A stretch of 64,000 nt of DNA from an uncultured Chloroflexia bacterium (GCA_963739515.1 CAVUAO010000002.1:156880-220879); one strand, 5' to 3'. Positions 26,837 through 38,627 are shown, counted from the stretch's first letter. Made by a program: numbers and translations. The notes: a model not told the origin generated them from the letters alone.

Positions 26837-27898
26837 TTAAGTCCCTTTCGCTTCTGTCTTCTTCCTATGTCGGAAGAGAGAGAACAGTCTCCAGCGTCGC
26901 CCGGATAGTTCGTGCTTGGCGTTTCCCCCCATGAGGTCCACCGCCGCCAGTTTGGGGTCGGCGTTTTCGTAAAGCACCTGGTAGATTTTCTCGGTAATCG
27001 GCATTTCCAGCCCCTGTTGCTGGGCGAGATTGTGGGCTACGAGCGTCGTATTAATCCCCTCGGCCACCTGGTTCATTGATTCCAGGATTTCCGCCAGGGG
27101 CCGCCCCTTGGCCAGCTCCATCCCCACGTAGTGGTTCCGGCTCAATGGGCTGGCGCAGGTGGTGATGACGTCCCCCAGCCCCGCCAGTCCCGAGAAAGTC
27201 AGCGGGTTGGCCCCGAGCGCCATGCCCAGCGCGGTTATCTCGGTCAGGCCGCGTGTCATGAAAGCCGCCTTGGCATTGTCCCCGTAGCCCAGCCCGTCGG
27301 CGATGCCCGCGCCGAGCGCCAGGATGTTCTTTAGCGCGCCCCCCAGTTCCACCCCGATGACGTCCAGGTTGGTAAAGACGCAGAAGGTCGGGCAGGTTAA
27401 TAACTTTTGGGCCTTTATCGCGGTATTTCTGTCTTCGGAAGCTACCACGGCCGCGGCCGGGCGATTGTAGATAATTTCGTGTGATAGCTGCGGTCCTGAT
27501 AAAACGCAGATATTACCCGCAAAGCGCGGATTTATCTCCTCGGCGATGACCTGGGACATGCGTTTATTGCTGCCCACCTCCAGCCCTTTGGAGGCGCTGA
27601 TGATAATGGTGGACTTGGTCAAATGGCTGGCCGCGCGGGATATGTTCTGCCGCATGGTCGAGGACGGCACCGGCAGAATGACGGCGTTCGCTTCGTTGAG
27701 CGCCGCGGCTATATCGCTTGTAATCGTTATCCCTTCAGGGATATGAACGTCCGGGAATCTGTCCGACCCCGATTTACGGATCTTATTGGCTTCCTTTTGT
27801 GTCCGCGCCCATAGCCTGACCTCCGCACCCTTGCCGTGGAGGAGCACGCTGAGCGTTATTCCCCAGCTGGTTGTGCCGATAATCGCGATTTTCTGCAT
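26837..27898 (-). CDS. gpsA: NAD(P)H-dependent glycerol-3-phosphate dehydrogenase
   Basis: SKGLE, GVELGGALKN, GLAGLGD..T..SRN. Confidence 0.95.
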   Translation of the reverse strand: MQKIAIIGTTSWGITLSVLLHGKGAEVRLWARTQKEANKIRKSGSDRFPDVHIPEGITITSDIAAALNEANAVILPVPSSTMRQNISRAASHLTKSTIIISASKGLEVGSNKRMSQVIAEEINPRFAGNICVLSGPQLSHEIIYNRPAAAVVASEDRNTAIKAQKLLTCPTFCVFTNLDVIGVELGGALKNILALGAGIADGLGYGDNAKAAFMTRGLTEITALGMALGANPLTFSGLAGLGDVITTCASPLSRNHYVGMELAKGRPLAEILESMNQVAEGINTTLVAHNLAQQQGLEMPITEKIYQVLYENADPKLAAVDLMGGNAKHELSGRRWRLFSLFRHRKKTEAKGT

Positions 27899-27934
27899 AT
27901 CTTCTGGTTAAAACGATGGAATGGTTTGGACTGC

Positions 27935-28639
27935 TTACTTGGGATTATGCGGCTCAGCGACCGTCTCGGCCTTGATTTTCTCGTCTATTCGGCGCTCGGT
28001 GCCGTTAAAGAGCCGGAGGATATTGTCGCGGTGCCGGATGTAGATGAAAATCGCCCCGGCCATGGCAAAAACCACGTATTCGAAGGGAGGATACGGTTGA
28101 TTGAACAATTTGATTTTCAGGACGTTAAACGCCATCAGCATGATGAAGGCGGTGACCGCCCCGATGATGGAGCCCAGGGACATGTATTTGGTCCTGAACC
28201 CCAAACCGAGGACGCATATCCCGCCCAGGGCGGCCGCCGGCCAGTACAGCCCCGCCAGTCCACCCATTAAAGTCGCCACCCCGCGCCCCCCCCTGAATCT
28301 GAGGAACACCGACCAGTTGTGACCGCCGATTGCGCTGGCGGCGGTCAACGCTTTGGCTAATTCTCTCCAGGGACCGGCACCGATAGAATGGGCATAACCA
28401 TTGCTGAATATCACGCCTGCCAGCGTCACCGCCAGAGTTCCCTTGCCGATGTCCAGAATCAGGGCCAGGGCCGCCGCTTTTTTGCCCGCCGTCCGTAAAA
28501 CGTTGGTCATGCCGGTCTTGCCGCTGCCCACCTGCAGGGGGTCTTGATTGGCGAATTTCTTGCTGATGATCACCCCGAAGGGTATCGCGCCGAACAGGTA
28601 GCCGATAATGATTACCGCGAAGACCAGTGCTACGATCAT
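27935..28639 (-). CDS. plsY: Glycerol-3-phosphate acyltransferase PlsY
   Basis: YLFGAIPFG, GSGKTGMTNVLR, GH..F..FRGGRGVAT, RHRDNI.RL..GTE. Confidence 0.93.
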   Translation of the reverse strand: MIVALVFAVIIIGYLFGAIPFGVIISKKFANQDPLQVGSGKTGMTNVLRTAGKKAAALALILDIGKGTLAVTLAGVIFSNGYAHSIGAGPWRELAKALTAASAIGGHNWSVFLRFRGGRGVATLMGGLAGLYWPAAALGGICVLGLGFRTKYMSLGSIIGAVTAFIMLMAFNVLKIKLFNQPYPPFEYVVFAMAGAIFIYIRHRDNILRLFNGTERRIDEKIKAETVAEPHNPK

Positions 28640-29949
28640 GCTTCGCCCCTCGTCTTAAAGATAAGCCGGAGCGGCGTGCCGGCGAAGCCGAAAGCCTCCC
28701 TGAGTTTGTTTTCCAGGTAGCGTTGGTAGGAGAAGTGAATGAGCTTGGCGTTATTGGTAAAAAAGACGAAGGTGGGCGGATTGACCTCCGCCTGGGTGGC
28801 GTAGAATATCTTGAGCTGCTGTCTCCGGATTCGGGGTAGATTATGCGAGGCGGCCGCTTCCTGGATGACGTTGTTTACCGCCGCGGTGGACGGTCTTTTC
28901 AGCCTTTCCCGGTAGATCTGGTTGACCTGCGGCATTATTTTATCCACTCCCTGCCCGGTTTTAGCCGAAGTATATAATATTGGCGCGTAAGAGGCAAATT
29001 TGAACTGGCTTTTGATGAATTTGTCCCATTTTACTATATCTTTATCCTCTATCAGGTCCCATTTATTAACGATGATTATCATGCCTTTGGCGGCCTCATG
29101 GCCGTAACCGGCGATATGCGTATCCTGCATGGCCGATATCTCGGTGGCGTCGAGCACCAGCAGGACGATATCCGCCCGGTCTATTGCCCTCATGCTCCGG
29201 ATGACGCTGTACTTTTCTACCCCCGCCTTCACATGTCCCCGCCGCCTGATTCCGGCCGTATCAATAAGTAGCATACTCTGCCCTTTAAAGTCAAACAGCG
29301 TGTCTACGGCGTCGCGGGTGGTCCCCGGAGTTTCATCGACGATGGCGCGCTCCTCACTGACGAGGGCATTCAGCAGCATTGACTTGCCTACGTTAGGCCG
29401 CCCCACAATCGCTACCTTGATGACTTCCGGAACCGCTTGGACCGGGCCCTGGGCCGGCAGCAGGCTGATTATTTTATCCAGGAGCTCGGCAACCTCTCGC
29501 CCGTGGTGGGCGCTGATGGCTATCGGTTCCCCCAGCCCCAGCTCATAGAACTCCAGGGCGGCCGTTTCGAGTCGGTCGTTATCGGCTTTATTGGCGACGA
29601 GCACGATGGGCTTGTTGGCTTTACGGAGCATGTCGGCTACCTCGTAGTCCACCGGCGTCAGTCCGTCGGTCGCGGCCACCAGGTCGATAATTAAATCGGC
29701 TTGTTTGATGGCGGTCTCTATCTGGGCTTTGACCCCCCGTTCTATAGCGGTGCTGGGCTTCATCTCCAGCCCTCCGGTGTCCACCACCGTGAATTCCTTG
29801 CCTCCCCAGGCAACGTCCGCCATGTTGCGGTCGCGGGTTGTCCCCGGCCTGTCCTCGGTTATCGCCAGGGGTTTCCCGGCGATGCGGTTGAGCAGGGTCG
29901 ACTTGCCGGTATTAGGCCGGCCGACAATCGCAACAATAGGTTTCGTCAC
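28636..29949 (-). CDS. der: Ribosome biogenesis GTPase Der (EngA)
   Basis: Two G-domains (GRPNTGKS and GRPNVGKS, TRD, DTGG and DTAG); C-terminal SYQRYLEN.LR..FGF.GTP. Confidence 0.98.
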   Translation of the reverse strand: MTKPIVAIVGRPNTGKSTLLNRIAGKPLAITEDRPGTTRDRNMADVAWGGKEFTVVDTGGLEMKPSTAIERGVKAQIETAIKQADLIIDLVAATDGLTPVDYEVADMLRKANKPIVLVANKADNDRLETAALEFYELGLGEPIAISAHHGREVAELLDKIISLLPAQGPVQAVPEVIKVAIVGRPNVGKSMLLNALVSEERAIVDETPGTTRDAVDTLFDFKGQSMLLIDTAGIRRRGHVKAGVEKYSVIRSMRAIDRADIVLLVLDATEISAMQDTHIAGYGHEAAKGMIIIVNKWDLIEDKDIVKWDKFIKSQFKFASYAPILYTSAKTGQGVDKIMPQVNQIYRERLKRPSTAAVNNVIQEAAASHNLPRIRRQQLKIFYATQAEVNPPTFVFFTNNAKLIHFSYQRYLENKLREAFGFAGTPLRLIFKTRGEA

Positions 29950-29979
29950 ATTCTTTCTCTTATATTAGTGCCTCTAATA

Positions 29980-30060
29980 GGGACGTCTAAGAGGGGCGAA
30001 GCCCCTCTTCCTAATTATCCCCCTCTCCTTCAAAGGAGAGGGGGATTAAGGGGGTGAGGT
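29980..30060. repeat. REP-like double-hairpin repeat, family A
   Basis: AAGAGGGGC-GAA-GCCCCTCTT plus TCCCCCTCTCCTT-CA-AAGGAGAGGGGGA plus GGGGGTGAGGT. Confidence 0.85.
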
Positions 30061-30078
30061 CTAGAGGTATATAGATTA

Positions 30079-31020
30079 TCATCTGAAATTGGACAGTCCT
30101 ATCTCGAGCCCGCCGAGTATGTCCACGAGCAGGGCTTTCAGCATGTGCATCTTGTTTTCCGATTGCTCGAAGACTACGGACTGCGGTCCGTCTATGACTT
30201 CATCGGTGACTTCTTCGCCGCGGTGGGCCGGCAGGTCGTGCATGAAGATGGCGTTCTCGTTGGCCAGCGATAGAAGTTTGGCCGTGACCTGGTAGCCGGC
30301 GAATGCTTTCCGGCGTGTTTCCGCTTCCTTTTCCTGCCCCATGCTCGTCCAGACGTCGGTGTAGACGATGTCCGCCCCGACGACCGCCTGGCGGGGGTCT
30401 TCCGTGCAGAATATCGTACTGCCGGTGGCGCGGACGTATTCCCGCGCTACGTCGAGTATATTTGCTTTTAAGACGTAGCCGGCCGGCGAGGCCATGCGGA
30501 AGTTTATCCCGCATTTGGTCGCGGCCAGTATGAGGCTGTTGGCTACGTTGTTCCCGTCCCCGATGAACGCCAGCGTCAGTCCCTCCAGCTTTTCTTTGCA
30601 TTCATAAATCGTCAGCAGGTCGGCGAGCGCCTGGCAGGGGTGTTCCAGGTCGGAGAGGGAGTTTATCACCGGTACGCGCGAATATCTGGCCAGGGTCTCC
30701 AGCGTTTTATGGGAGAAAGTGCGCGCCGCGATACAGTCGACATAGCCGCTGAGCACGCGCGCTACATCGGCGATTGATTCCCGTTGCCCGAGCCCGACCT
30801 CCGCGGGCGATAGGTAAATGCATTCGCCGCCGAGCTGGCGCATGGCTGCCTCGAAGCTGACCCGGTGCCGCAGTGAGGGCTTTTCGAAGAGCAGGGCCAG
30901 GATTTTTCCGCTTAATATGGCATTCCAGCCCTCGCCTTTCATCGTGACGGCGTTGGAGATGAGTCGGTGGATTTCTTCGGACGTGAGGTCGGAGATAGAT
31001 AGAAAATCTTTGCTCTGCAA
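30079..31020 (-). CDS. argF: Ornithine carbamoyltransferase
   Basis: FEKPSLR-R-SF, HPCQALAD, GDGNNV, DVWTSMGQE, HDLPA. Confidence 0.93.
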   Translation of the reverse strand: MQSKDFLSISDLTSEEIHRLISNAVTMKGEGWNAILSGKILALLFEKPSLRHRVSFEAAMRQLGGECIYLSPAEVGLGQRESIADVARVLSGYVDCIAARTFSHKTLETLARYSRVPVINSLSDLEHPCQALADLLTIYECKEKLEGLTLAFIGDGNNVANSLILAATKCGINFRMASPAGYVLKANILDVAREYVRATGSTIFCTEDPRQAVVGADIVYTDVWTSMGQEKEAETRRKAFAGYQVTAKLLSLANENAIFMHDLPAHRGEEVTDEVIDGPQSVVFEQSENKMHMLKALLVDILGGLEIGLSNFR

Positions 31021-31154
31021 GATTAGTCTCCTGTATGCCCCCAGTATATCACGAAAATTAAATTATTCAATAGTGGGCATGCCCCTTTCCCGTGATTGCC
31101 ATTATCCTCTCCCAATGTTATACTCTGACATATTCGGTTATGAGGAGAGACGGC

Positions 31155-31880
31155 GTGAAGAGAGTTGACGGGCGCGCCTACGATGAGTTGCGACCGGTTT
31201 CGATCATCCCCGGCTACCAGAGCTTCGCCGAGGGGTCGGCGCTGATCAAGCTGGGCAAGACCCACGTCCTCTGCGCCGTCAGCATCGAGGATAGAGTGCC
31301 TCCCTTCCTCAAGGGGAGCGGTACCGGCTGGATTACGGCGGAGTACGCCATGCTCCCCCGCGCCACCGTCACCCGCTCCCAGCGCGATTCTGTTGCCGGT
31401 CACGTCGGGGGGCGAAACCAGGAAATCCAGCGTCTTATCGGGCGCTCCCTTCGGGCTTCGGCCGACCTCACCGCTTTAGGGGAGAGGTCTTTGATCGTGG
31501 ACTGCGATGTCCTCCAGGCCGACGGCGGTACCCGCACCGCCGCGATCACCGGCGCCTACGTCGCCCTCCACCAGGCGATGGAAAAACTGATGAACATGGG
31601 CATGATATCCTCCATTCCGCTAAAGTGCGCCGTGGCGGCTACCAGCGTCGGTATCGTCAATAATAATATGATGATGGACCTTTGTTACGACGAGGATTCC
31701 CAGGCTGGCGTCGATTTTAATATCGTCATGACCAGCAAGGGCGAGTTCGTGGAAGTGCAGGGTACCGCCGAGGGCAAGCCGTTTACCAAGCAGTCTATTA
31801 ACGATTTGATAGCTCTGGCGGAGAAAGGCATCCGCCAGCTTTTCCAGGTTCAGCAGGACGTCTTAAAAGGCGGTAAATAA
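31155..31880 (+). CDS. rph: Ribonuclease PH
   Basis: GWITAEYAMLPRAT, EIQRLIGRSLR, DCDVLQADGGTRTA, EVQGTAE; GTG at 31155 after GAGGAG. Confidence 0.97.
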   Translation: MKRVDGRAYDELRPVSIIPGYQSFAEGSALIKLGKTHVLCAVSIEDRVPPFLKGSGTGWITAEYAMLPRATVTRSQRDSVAGHVGGRNQEIQRLIGRSLRASADLTALGERSLIVDCDVLQADGGTRTAAITGAYVALHQAMEKLMNMGMISSIPLKCAVAATSVGIVNNNMMMDLCYDEDSQAGVDFNIVMTSKGEFVEVQGTAEGKPFTKQSINDLIALAEKGIRQLFQVQQDVLKGGK

Positions 31881-31899
31881 CTTTCTATAATACACAAAA

Positions 31900-32096
31900 G
31901 GGAGTACTCCGCCGAGAGGGGCGCTAGCCCCTCTCAAATTCAGGTCGTTTAGTACTTGTATCTTGGCGTATGTAATTTCGTGATCGGGGCGTCTAAGAGG
32001 GGTCACGACCCCTCTTTCATTCCTCCCCCTCTCAAACAAGATAAAAACAGCTATGTTAATAATGCTGTTTGAGAGGGGGATCAAAGGGGGTGAGGT
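31900..32096. repeat. Two family A REP-like units between convergent rph and proA
   Basis: GAGAGGGGC..GCCCCTCTC at 31900-31935; full unit at 31986-32096 ending GGGGGTGAGGT. Confidence 0.85.
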
Positions 32097-32136
32097 ATTA
32101 AGTGAAAAATGAAGTCGGCTAAATCAATGAAATAAG

Positions 32137-33420
32137 CTACGGCCTTACCTGCCCGCTACCGTAAATAATCCACTTGTAGGTCGTCAGCTCTTTCAACCCC
32201 ATCGGCCCCCGCGCGTGCAGCTTTTGCGTGCTAATTCCCACCTCCGCCCCCATCCCGAACTGCCCCCCGTCGGTAAAACGCGTGCTGGCGTTGACGTAGA
32301 CGCAGGCGGCGTCCACCTCGTTGAGGAAACGCCTGGCGCTCTCGTAGTCCTCGGTGATGATGGCTTCGGAGTGCCCCGACCCGTATTTCTCGATGTGCCC
32401 CAGCGCCTCATCCAGCGACCCCACTACCTTTACCGCCGCGATGAGCGCCAGGAACTCTTTGCCCCAGTCCCCCTCCACCGCCTTCACCAGCTTTAGCGAC
32501 TTGTCGGCTTTGAGGATTGCCATCGACTTCTCGTCGCAGTGCAGCTCCACTTTAGCCTTGTTAAGCTCGGTCGCCATCTTGGGCAGGTAGCTTTTCGCGA
32601 TGTCCTTGTGTACCAGCACCGAGTCTAGCGCGTTGCAGACCGAGGGTCTTTGTACTTTGGCGTTGTAGACAATGTCCACCGCTTTTTGAATATCAGCGCT
32701 TTTGTCCACGTAGGTATGGCATACGCCGATGCCCCCCGTGACCACCGCCATCGTGGCCTTTTCTTTAACGTTATTTATCAGTCCCGCCCCGCCCCTGGGC
32801 ACTATCAGGTCGATAGCGTCATTCATTTTGAGCATCGCGTCCACCAGCTTATGGTCGGTGTTATCGACGAACTGCACGCAGCCTTCGGGCATGCCCGCCT
32901 TTTTACAGGCGTCCTGTATTACTTTAACGATGGCGGTATTGGAATTTATCGTTTCCTTGCCGCCCCGCAGTATCACGGCGTTGCCGGATTTCAGGCAGAG
33001 TGCGGCGATGTCCACCGTGACGTTAGGTCGGCTCTCGTATATCGCCCCGATGACTCCTATTGGCACCCGCTTTTTGCCGATTTGCAGTCCGTTGGGCATG
33101 GTGCGCATTTCATATATCTCGCCCACGGAGTCGGGCAGGGCGGCCACGACTCTTGTGTCCGCGGCTATCCCTTCGAGGCGTTTTTCGTTGAGCAGCAGCC
33201 TGTCGAGCAGCACTTCCCCCATGCCGTTGGCTTTCGCGGTCTGGTAGTCCTTTTTATTGGCGGCCAGTATTTCTGCTTTCCTGGCGAGTATCTCCGCGGC
33301 GATGTTATTCAGGGCTTTATTTTTTATATCCGTCGAGGTAAACGCCAGCTTATGGGCGGCGGCTTTAGCCGCTTGCCCCTTGGCTTTCAGTTCTTCTATG
33401 GCGTTATCTTTTTTCTTCAT
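32137..33420 (-). CDS. proA: Glutamate-5-semialdehyde dehydrogenase
   Basis: IYESRPNVT, PRGG, SVCNA, NASTRFTDG, ISTQKLHARGPMGL. Confidence 0.98.
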   Translation of the reverse strand: MKKKDNAIEELKAKGQAAKAAAHKLAFTSTDIKNKALNNIAAEILARKAEILAANKKDYQTAKANGMGEVLLDRLLLNEKRLEGIAADTRVVAALPDSVGEIYEMRTMPNGLQIGKKRVPIGVIGAIYESRPNVTVDIAALCLKSGNAVILRGGKETINSNTAIVKVIQDACKKAGMPEGCVQFVDNTDHKLVDAMLKMNDAIDLIVPRGGAGLINNVKEKATMAVVTGGIGVCHTYVDKSADIQKAVDIVYNAKVQRPSVCNALDSVLVHKDIAKSYLPKMATELNKAKVELHCDEKSMAILKADKSLKLVKAVEGDWGKEFLALIAAVKVVGSLDEALGHIEKYGSGHSEAIITEDYESARRFLNEVDAACVYVNASTRFTDGGQFGMGAEVGISTQKLHARGPMGLKELTTYKWIIYGSGQVRP

Positions 33421-33451
33421 GGCTTGCCTCCCCCTTTTTCCCTTCCCCCGG

Positions 33452-33718
33452 TTACTCGAACTTCCCGCTCCCGCTGAAGTGGAAAACGTAGCGCGGTGGC
33501 AGGCTCGTTACCGCCCGGTTCACCCGCTTCTTTAGAGCGCAGCGGCATTGCCGCCCGTCCTCCAGTTCGATGATATATCCCCCTCCGTCCTTGATTTGCT
33601 TATATTCTATCAGTGTCATTTCTCCCCACCAGCGGTATTCTTCCTCGTGCTGGAACTGGTAGCTGATATTGGCGATGAATTCATTATTGACGGCCTGGTA
33701 TAGTTTGCCTGTGGGCAC
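33452..33718 (-). CDS. Hypothetical protein between proB and proA
   Basis: 88 aa, GTG start after GGAGG, overlaps the proB end. Confidence 0.65.
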   Translation of the reverse strand: MPTGKLYQAVNNEFIANISYQFQHEEEYRWWGEMTLIEYKQIKDGGGYIIELEDGRQCRCALKKRVNRAVTSLPPRYVFHFSGSGKFE

Positions 33719-34880
33719 TTGGTCCCTCCTTTTCCATTAACGCCAAATTGTTGCGGTGTACTACTTCCGGCCCGTAATCGAAGCTGAGCAGACCGGCGAT
33801 TTTATCCGACTGGGCGCCCTTGATGATGCCGATATCGCCCGCGCTATAGTTGGTGATGCCGCAGCCGACCTGGTTTCCTGCGGTGTCGTAAATTGCCACG
33901 ATGTCTCCCCTCCCGAATTTCCCTTCCGCTTTCTCTATCCCCGCCGCCAGCAGGCTGCGGTTGTTTTTCTTTAGCGCCAGGACGGCCCCGTTATCTATGA
34001 TTAATTTGCCTCTGGTGGAAAGCCCCGAAAGCATCCACCTCTGCCGACTTTCCAGGTGGTCGGACGCGGGCAGGAAATGCGTGCCGGCCGCTTCGTTTGA
34101 AGCCAGCCGGATGATGATATCCGGTTCCTTCCCCCCGGCAATGACCACGTGCACCCCGCACGCGGTGGCTGCCTGGGCGGCTTCTATCTTGGTTATCATG
34201 CCGCCGGTGCCCACGTTGCTGGCGGTGTCTGTGGCCATCTTTTTTATGCTCGTGTCGATTTTGCTCACTACCGGTACGAGCTTGGCTGTCGGGTCGATGT
34301 GGGGGTCGGCGGTATACAGCCCGCCGATATCGGTTAATATCATAAGCATGTCGGCGTCGATTAGGTTGGCGACCATTGCCGAGAGGTTGTCGTTGTCGCC
34401 GAATTTGGCTTCTTTTATTTCATCGGTGGAGATGACGTCGTTTTCGTTGACGATGCCGATGACCCGCAGTTCCATCAGGGCCAGGAGCGTATTGCGGGCG
34501 TTGAGGTATCCGGCGCGGTCGGCGATATCGCCTTTGGTGAGCAGTGCCTGCGCTACGGTGATGCCGTGCTGCCCGAACAATTGCTCGTACACGTTCATCA
34601 GGCGGCTTTGCCCCACCGAAGCCAGCACCTGTTTAAAAGGGATGCCTTTGATGGTCTTGTCAAGGCCCAGCTTATGCCTTCCCGCGGCGATTGCCCCGGA
34701 AGACACGACGACTATTTCCACGCCCCGTTGATGCAGCGTGGCGATCTGCCGCACCAGGTCGGCCATGACCTCCTGGTCCAGGTGGCTGCCGCCGCCGGTT
34801 AGCAGATGTGTGCCCAGCTTTACCACGATACGCCGGTAAGCCAGTCCTGTTAATTTGGATTTGTTGCCGTTCTCGCTCAT
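33684..34880 (-). CDS. proB: Glutamate 5-kinase with PUA domain
   Basis: [31 protein letters not shown]; likely ATG at 34880. Confidence 0.97.
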   Translation of the reverse strand: MSENGNKSKLTGLAYRRIVVKLGTHLLTGGGSHLDQEVMADLVRQIATLHQRGVEIVVVSSGAIAAGRHKLGLDKTIKGIPFKQVLASVGQSRLMNVYEQLFGQHGITVAQALLTKGDIADRAGYLNARNTLLALMELRVIGIVNENDVISTDEIKEAKFGDNDNLSAMVANLIDADMLMILTDIGGLYTADPHIDPTAKLVPVVSKIDTSIKKMATDTASNVGTGGMITKIEAAQAATACGVHVVIAGGKEPDIIIRLASNEAAGTHFLPASDHLESRQRWMLSGLSTRGKLIIDNGAVLALKKNNRSLLAAGIEKAEGKFGRGDIVAIYDTAGNQVGCGITNYSAGDIGIIKGAQSDKIAGLLSFDYGPEVVHRNNLALMEKEGPSAHRQTIPGRQ

Positions 34881-34948
34881 GTTTTCTTGACCAACGATTT
34901 TTTTCATTATAGCACAAGCTGGAATACGCTGAAATACGTCGAGCATGG

Positions 34949-35023
34949 AATCTGTCATTCTGAGGAGTCCTTCCGCAGGAAGGACGACGTGAGAATCCGT
35001 CATTCCCGCGAACGCGGGAATCC
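34949..35023. repeat. REP-like family B copy 2 with adjoining GTCATTCCCGCGAACGCGGGAATCC hairpin
   Basis: 51-bp near-identity to 1326-1376, followed by a second GTCATTC...GAATCC palindrome. Confidence 0.9.
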
Positions 35024-35149
35024 AGTCACTTCACCACTCTAGTCCTGCCCTTCTTGACCACCCCATTATCTCCATCCCCAAATATATGCTAAAATAAAAC
35101 ATTGGGCTGGCCTGTTTTTAGGTCAAGCCCTTATGGTGTTTGTAGATAT

Positions 35150-38100
35150 ATGCCGGATTTAAGTCAATTATTAAAGCTAGTTGAAAATTTGCCCGCCTTT
35201 CGCCGCCTTGTCGAATCAATAAAAAATGAGAACGATAGCTCGGTGGTGGTGCTGGATGCCGCCCGACCTTATCTGGTGGCGGCTCTCCATGCATCTCTTC
35301 AGCTGCCGGTATTGCTGGTCACGGCGCAGCCGGAGAATGCCCGGAAGCTCCAGGAACAGCTTTCCAGCTGGGCTTCCGGTGGCGAATCTGGGATGCTTTT
35401 CCCGGAGCCGGATGTCCTCCCCTACGAGCGATTGACCTCGGATGCTTCCACCGAGATGGACAGGGTCCGGGTGCTTTCCGCGCTGGCCGGCTGTGAATTG
35501 GATGAAAATAGTTCTCGGCCGCCCCTGGTGGTGGCTTCGGCGGCGGCATTGATGTCGAAGACTGCCTCGTATGATGCCTTTTGCTCTGCCTGCTGCACCA
35601 TCAAGCTCGGCATGAGCCGGGAGCCCCTGAGTCTGCTGGCCGACTGGGCGGCGATGGGCTACCAATCGGAGAATATCGTGGAGTTGCCGGGCGTCATGAG
35701 CCGCCGCGGCGGCATCGTCGATGTCTGGCCACCGACCTCCGCATGGCCGGTGCGTCTGGAGTTTTTCGGTGATACCGTTGATAGTATTCGCCGTTTCGAC
35801 CCCGCTTACCCAGCGTTCTATCGATAAATTGGATTCGTTAGCTATCGGTCCGGCGACCGAACTCCTGGCCCCCCGCCGACTTGACCGTCGTTCACTGGAA
35901 GATATTTTACGCGGCCTTGACCTTTCCGGCTGTACTGCCGATTGCAAACAGCAGTTCGAGCATGATATTGAGCTTTTTCTCGGCGGTCAGCTGCCGCCGG
36001 AGGTCCAGTTCTATGCCTCCCTTTTTAGTAGCGGTTCCCTCCTGGATTATCTTCCGTCCGGCGCGCTGTTAGTCCTTGACGAGCCTTCTTCCGTGGCGCA
36101 GACGGCTTTGGATTGGGATGGCGAGGCGGCGCAGCTTCGTTCCGCCAAGATGGAGCGCGGCGAGCTGCCCCGCAATTTTCCCCGCCCTTACTTTGCCTGG
36201 GATGAGCTTCAATCGAAAATAAAAAATCGACCCTCTTTAAATTTGTCTGCCTGGGGTGACGCCGAGCCGCTGGACTTTATCTCCGTCCCCACCTACGCCG
36301 GCAAGCTGCCTTTCTTCCTGAAAAAGACCGTTGAGCTTCTGGCCCAGCGGAAACGTATCGTTATCGTCAGCCACCAGGCGAGCCGTCTCTCCGACCTCCT
36401 GGCTGGGGAGGATATCGTTGCCGCCCCCGTGGAAACGGTCACCGAGGTGCCCGGCCCCGGTGCGCTGGTGCTGGTCCAGGGGTCGCTGCCGGAGGGCTGG
36501 ATCATGGGCGGCGAGACCTATCTCTTTACCGACGCCGAAATTTTCGGCTTCGTGAAGCAGCGCCGTTTGCTCAAGCGGCGTCCCGCGCCGCACCAGAAAC
36601 TCATGATTGACATTATCCCTGACGACTTCGTCGTCCACGTCGAGCACGGCATCGGCAAGTTCACCGGCGTTACCACCCTCAAGACCGCCGGCGCGGAAAA
36701 GGAATACTTGGTTTTACAGTACGCCGCCGGCGATGTCCTCTATGTCCCCACCGACCAGATCGACCGGGTCAGTCGCTATGTGGGCGCCGGCGATAGGCCG
36801 CCCGTTTTGAGTCGGCTGGGCACTCAGGAGTGGGTGCGCACTCGTCAGAAAGCCAAGGAGGCGGCCGAGTTGCTGGCTCGCGACCTCTTGGTTTTATATG
36901 CTTCGCGAGAGGTCGTGCCCGGTTTCGCTTTTTCCCGCGATACGCTCTGGCAGCAGGAGATGGAGGCCGCTTTCCCCTACGTGGAAACCCCCGACCAGCT
37001 TGAAGCCCAGCGGGAAGTTAAAGAAGACATGGAAAAACCTAAGCCCATGGACCGCCTCGTCTGCGGCGATGTCGGTTACGGCAAAACGGAGGTGGCCATC
37101 CGCGCCGCTTTCAAGGCGGTCATGGACGCCCGCCAAGTGGCGGTGCTGGTGCCGACCACGGTTCTGGCCCAGCAGCATTTTGCCACCTTCTCCGAGAGGC
37201 TCGAGGCTTTCCCGGTGAAAGTCGAGGTGCTGAGCCGCTTTCGCTCGGATAGGGACCAGCGTGCCGTTATCGCCGGCCTCGCCGCCGGCACCGTGGACAT
37301 CTGTATCGGCACCCACCGCCTGTTGCAGAAGGACGTCGCCTTTAAAAATCTCGGACTGCTCGTTATCGATGAAGAGCAGCGTTTCGGCGTCAACCACAAG
37401 GAGCACTTCAAAAAGATGCGTCAGGAGGTCGATGTGCTTACCCTCAGCGCCACCCCTATTCCCCGCACCCTGCACATGTCGCTGGTCGGCGTCCGGGACA
37501 TGAGCACCATGGAGACCCCTCCCGAGGCCCGCCTCCCTGTGAAGACCTACGTCGCCGAGTATAACGACCACCTGGTCAGGGAGGCTGTTTTACGGGAGCT
37601 GGAGCGTAACGGCCAGGTATTTTTCCTGCATAACCGCGTGCAGAGCATCGCCATGGTGACCGAAAATTTGCGCGAGCTGGTGCCGGAGGCCAAGATAGCT
37701 ATCGGCCACGGCCAGATGCCGGAGGAGCAGCTGGAAAATGTAATGACCGATTTCTCTTCAGGCAGAATTGACATCCTGGTCTGCACCACGATTATCGAGT
37801 CTGGCCTGGATATGCCCAACGCCAATACCCTGATTGTTAACAAGGCGGACAAGTTCGGCTTGACCCAGCTTTACCAGCTCCGGGGCAGGGTTGGGCGCGG
37901 CGCCAACCTCGCTTACGCCTATTTCCTTTATGATAAAGGCCAGCGCCTGTCGCCCATCGCTCACCAGCGCCTGCGCACTATCTACGAAGCCACCGAGCTT
38001 GGTGCCGGTTTCGGTATCGCTATGAAAGACCTGGAAATCCGCGGCGCCGGCACTCTGCTGGGCCATCGCCAGAGCGGCCATATCACCGCCATCGGCTTTA

Positions 38101-38603
38101 GTCTGTATACCCGCCTCCTGGCGGAGGCCGTCGAGGAGCAAAAGGCTATCCTGGCCGGTAAGGAAAAGCCGCCGCCCCGTCTCCCCCCGCCCGCCGTCGA
38201 TTTGCCCCTCGATGCCCTTATCCCGGAAACCTATGTCCCGGATGTGGATACCCGACTTGAGCTTTACCGGACTTTGGGTAGTATAGACGCCGCCGAAAGG
38301 CTGGACGATATCAGGAAAGAGTACGCCGACCGCTTTGGCGCCCCGCCTCCCGAAGTGGAAAACCTGCTCTATGCGGTGAAAATTAAAGGACTGGCCGCTA
38401 AAGCCCGTATCGAGTCGATTACCACCGAGGAAGGCTATATTATTTTACGACGCTTCCAGGGTTTGCCCTTCGATGCCTCCAAGCTCTCCTCCGTCCTCCA
38501 TGACGGTATAGAAGTAGGCCGCACGCTGATAAAGATTAATTATAGAAAGATAGGTAAGGGGTGGAGAGGTGTATTAGAGGGGATAATAAAAAGATTGACA
38601 TAA
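35150..38603 (+). CDS. mfd: Transcription-repair coupling factor (frameshift near 35806)
   Basis: UvrB-like N-terminus (RGGIVD.WP, EFFGD..DSIR.FD) in one frame; [27 protein letters not shown] and QLRGRVGR in the next. Confidence 0.97.
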
Positions 38604-38627
38604 GAGTTTAAATATCTTAAGGTAATA

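Noticed and set aside
30860..30875. ArgF carbamoyl-phosphate motif SLRHR as a new specificity
   Set aside because: CGGCACCGG differs from CGCACCCGG (RTR) by a compensating indel pair, so it is most likely an error.
31052..31070. ARG boxes upstream of argF (and of argC at about 52641)
   Set aside because: Only TGAATA half-sites are present, not a convincing palindrome.
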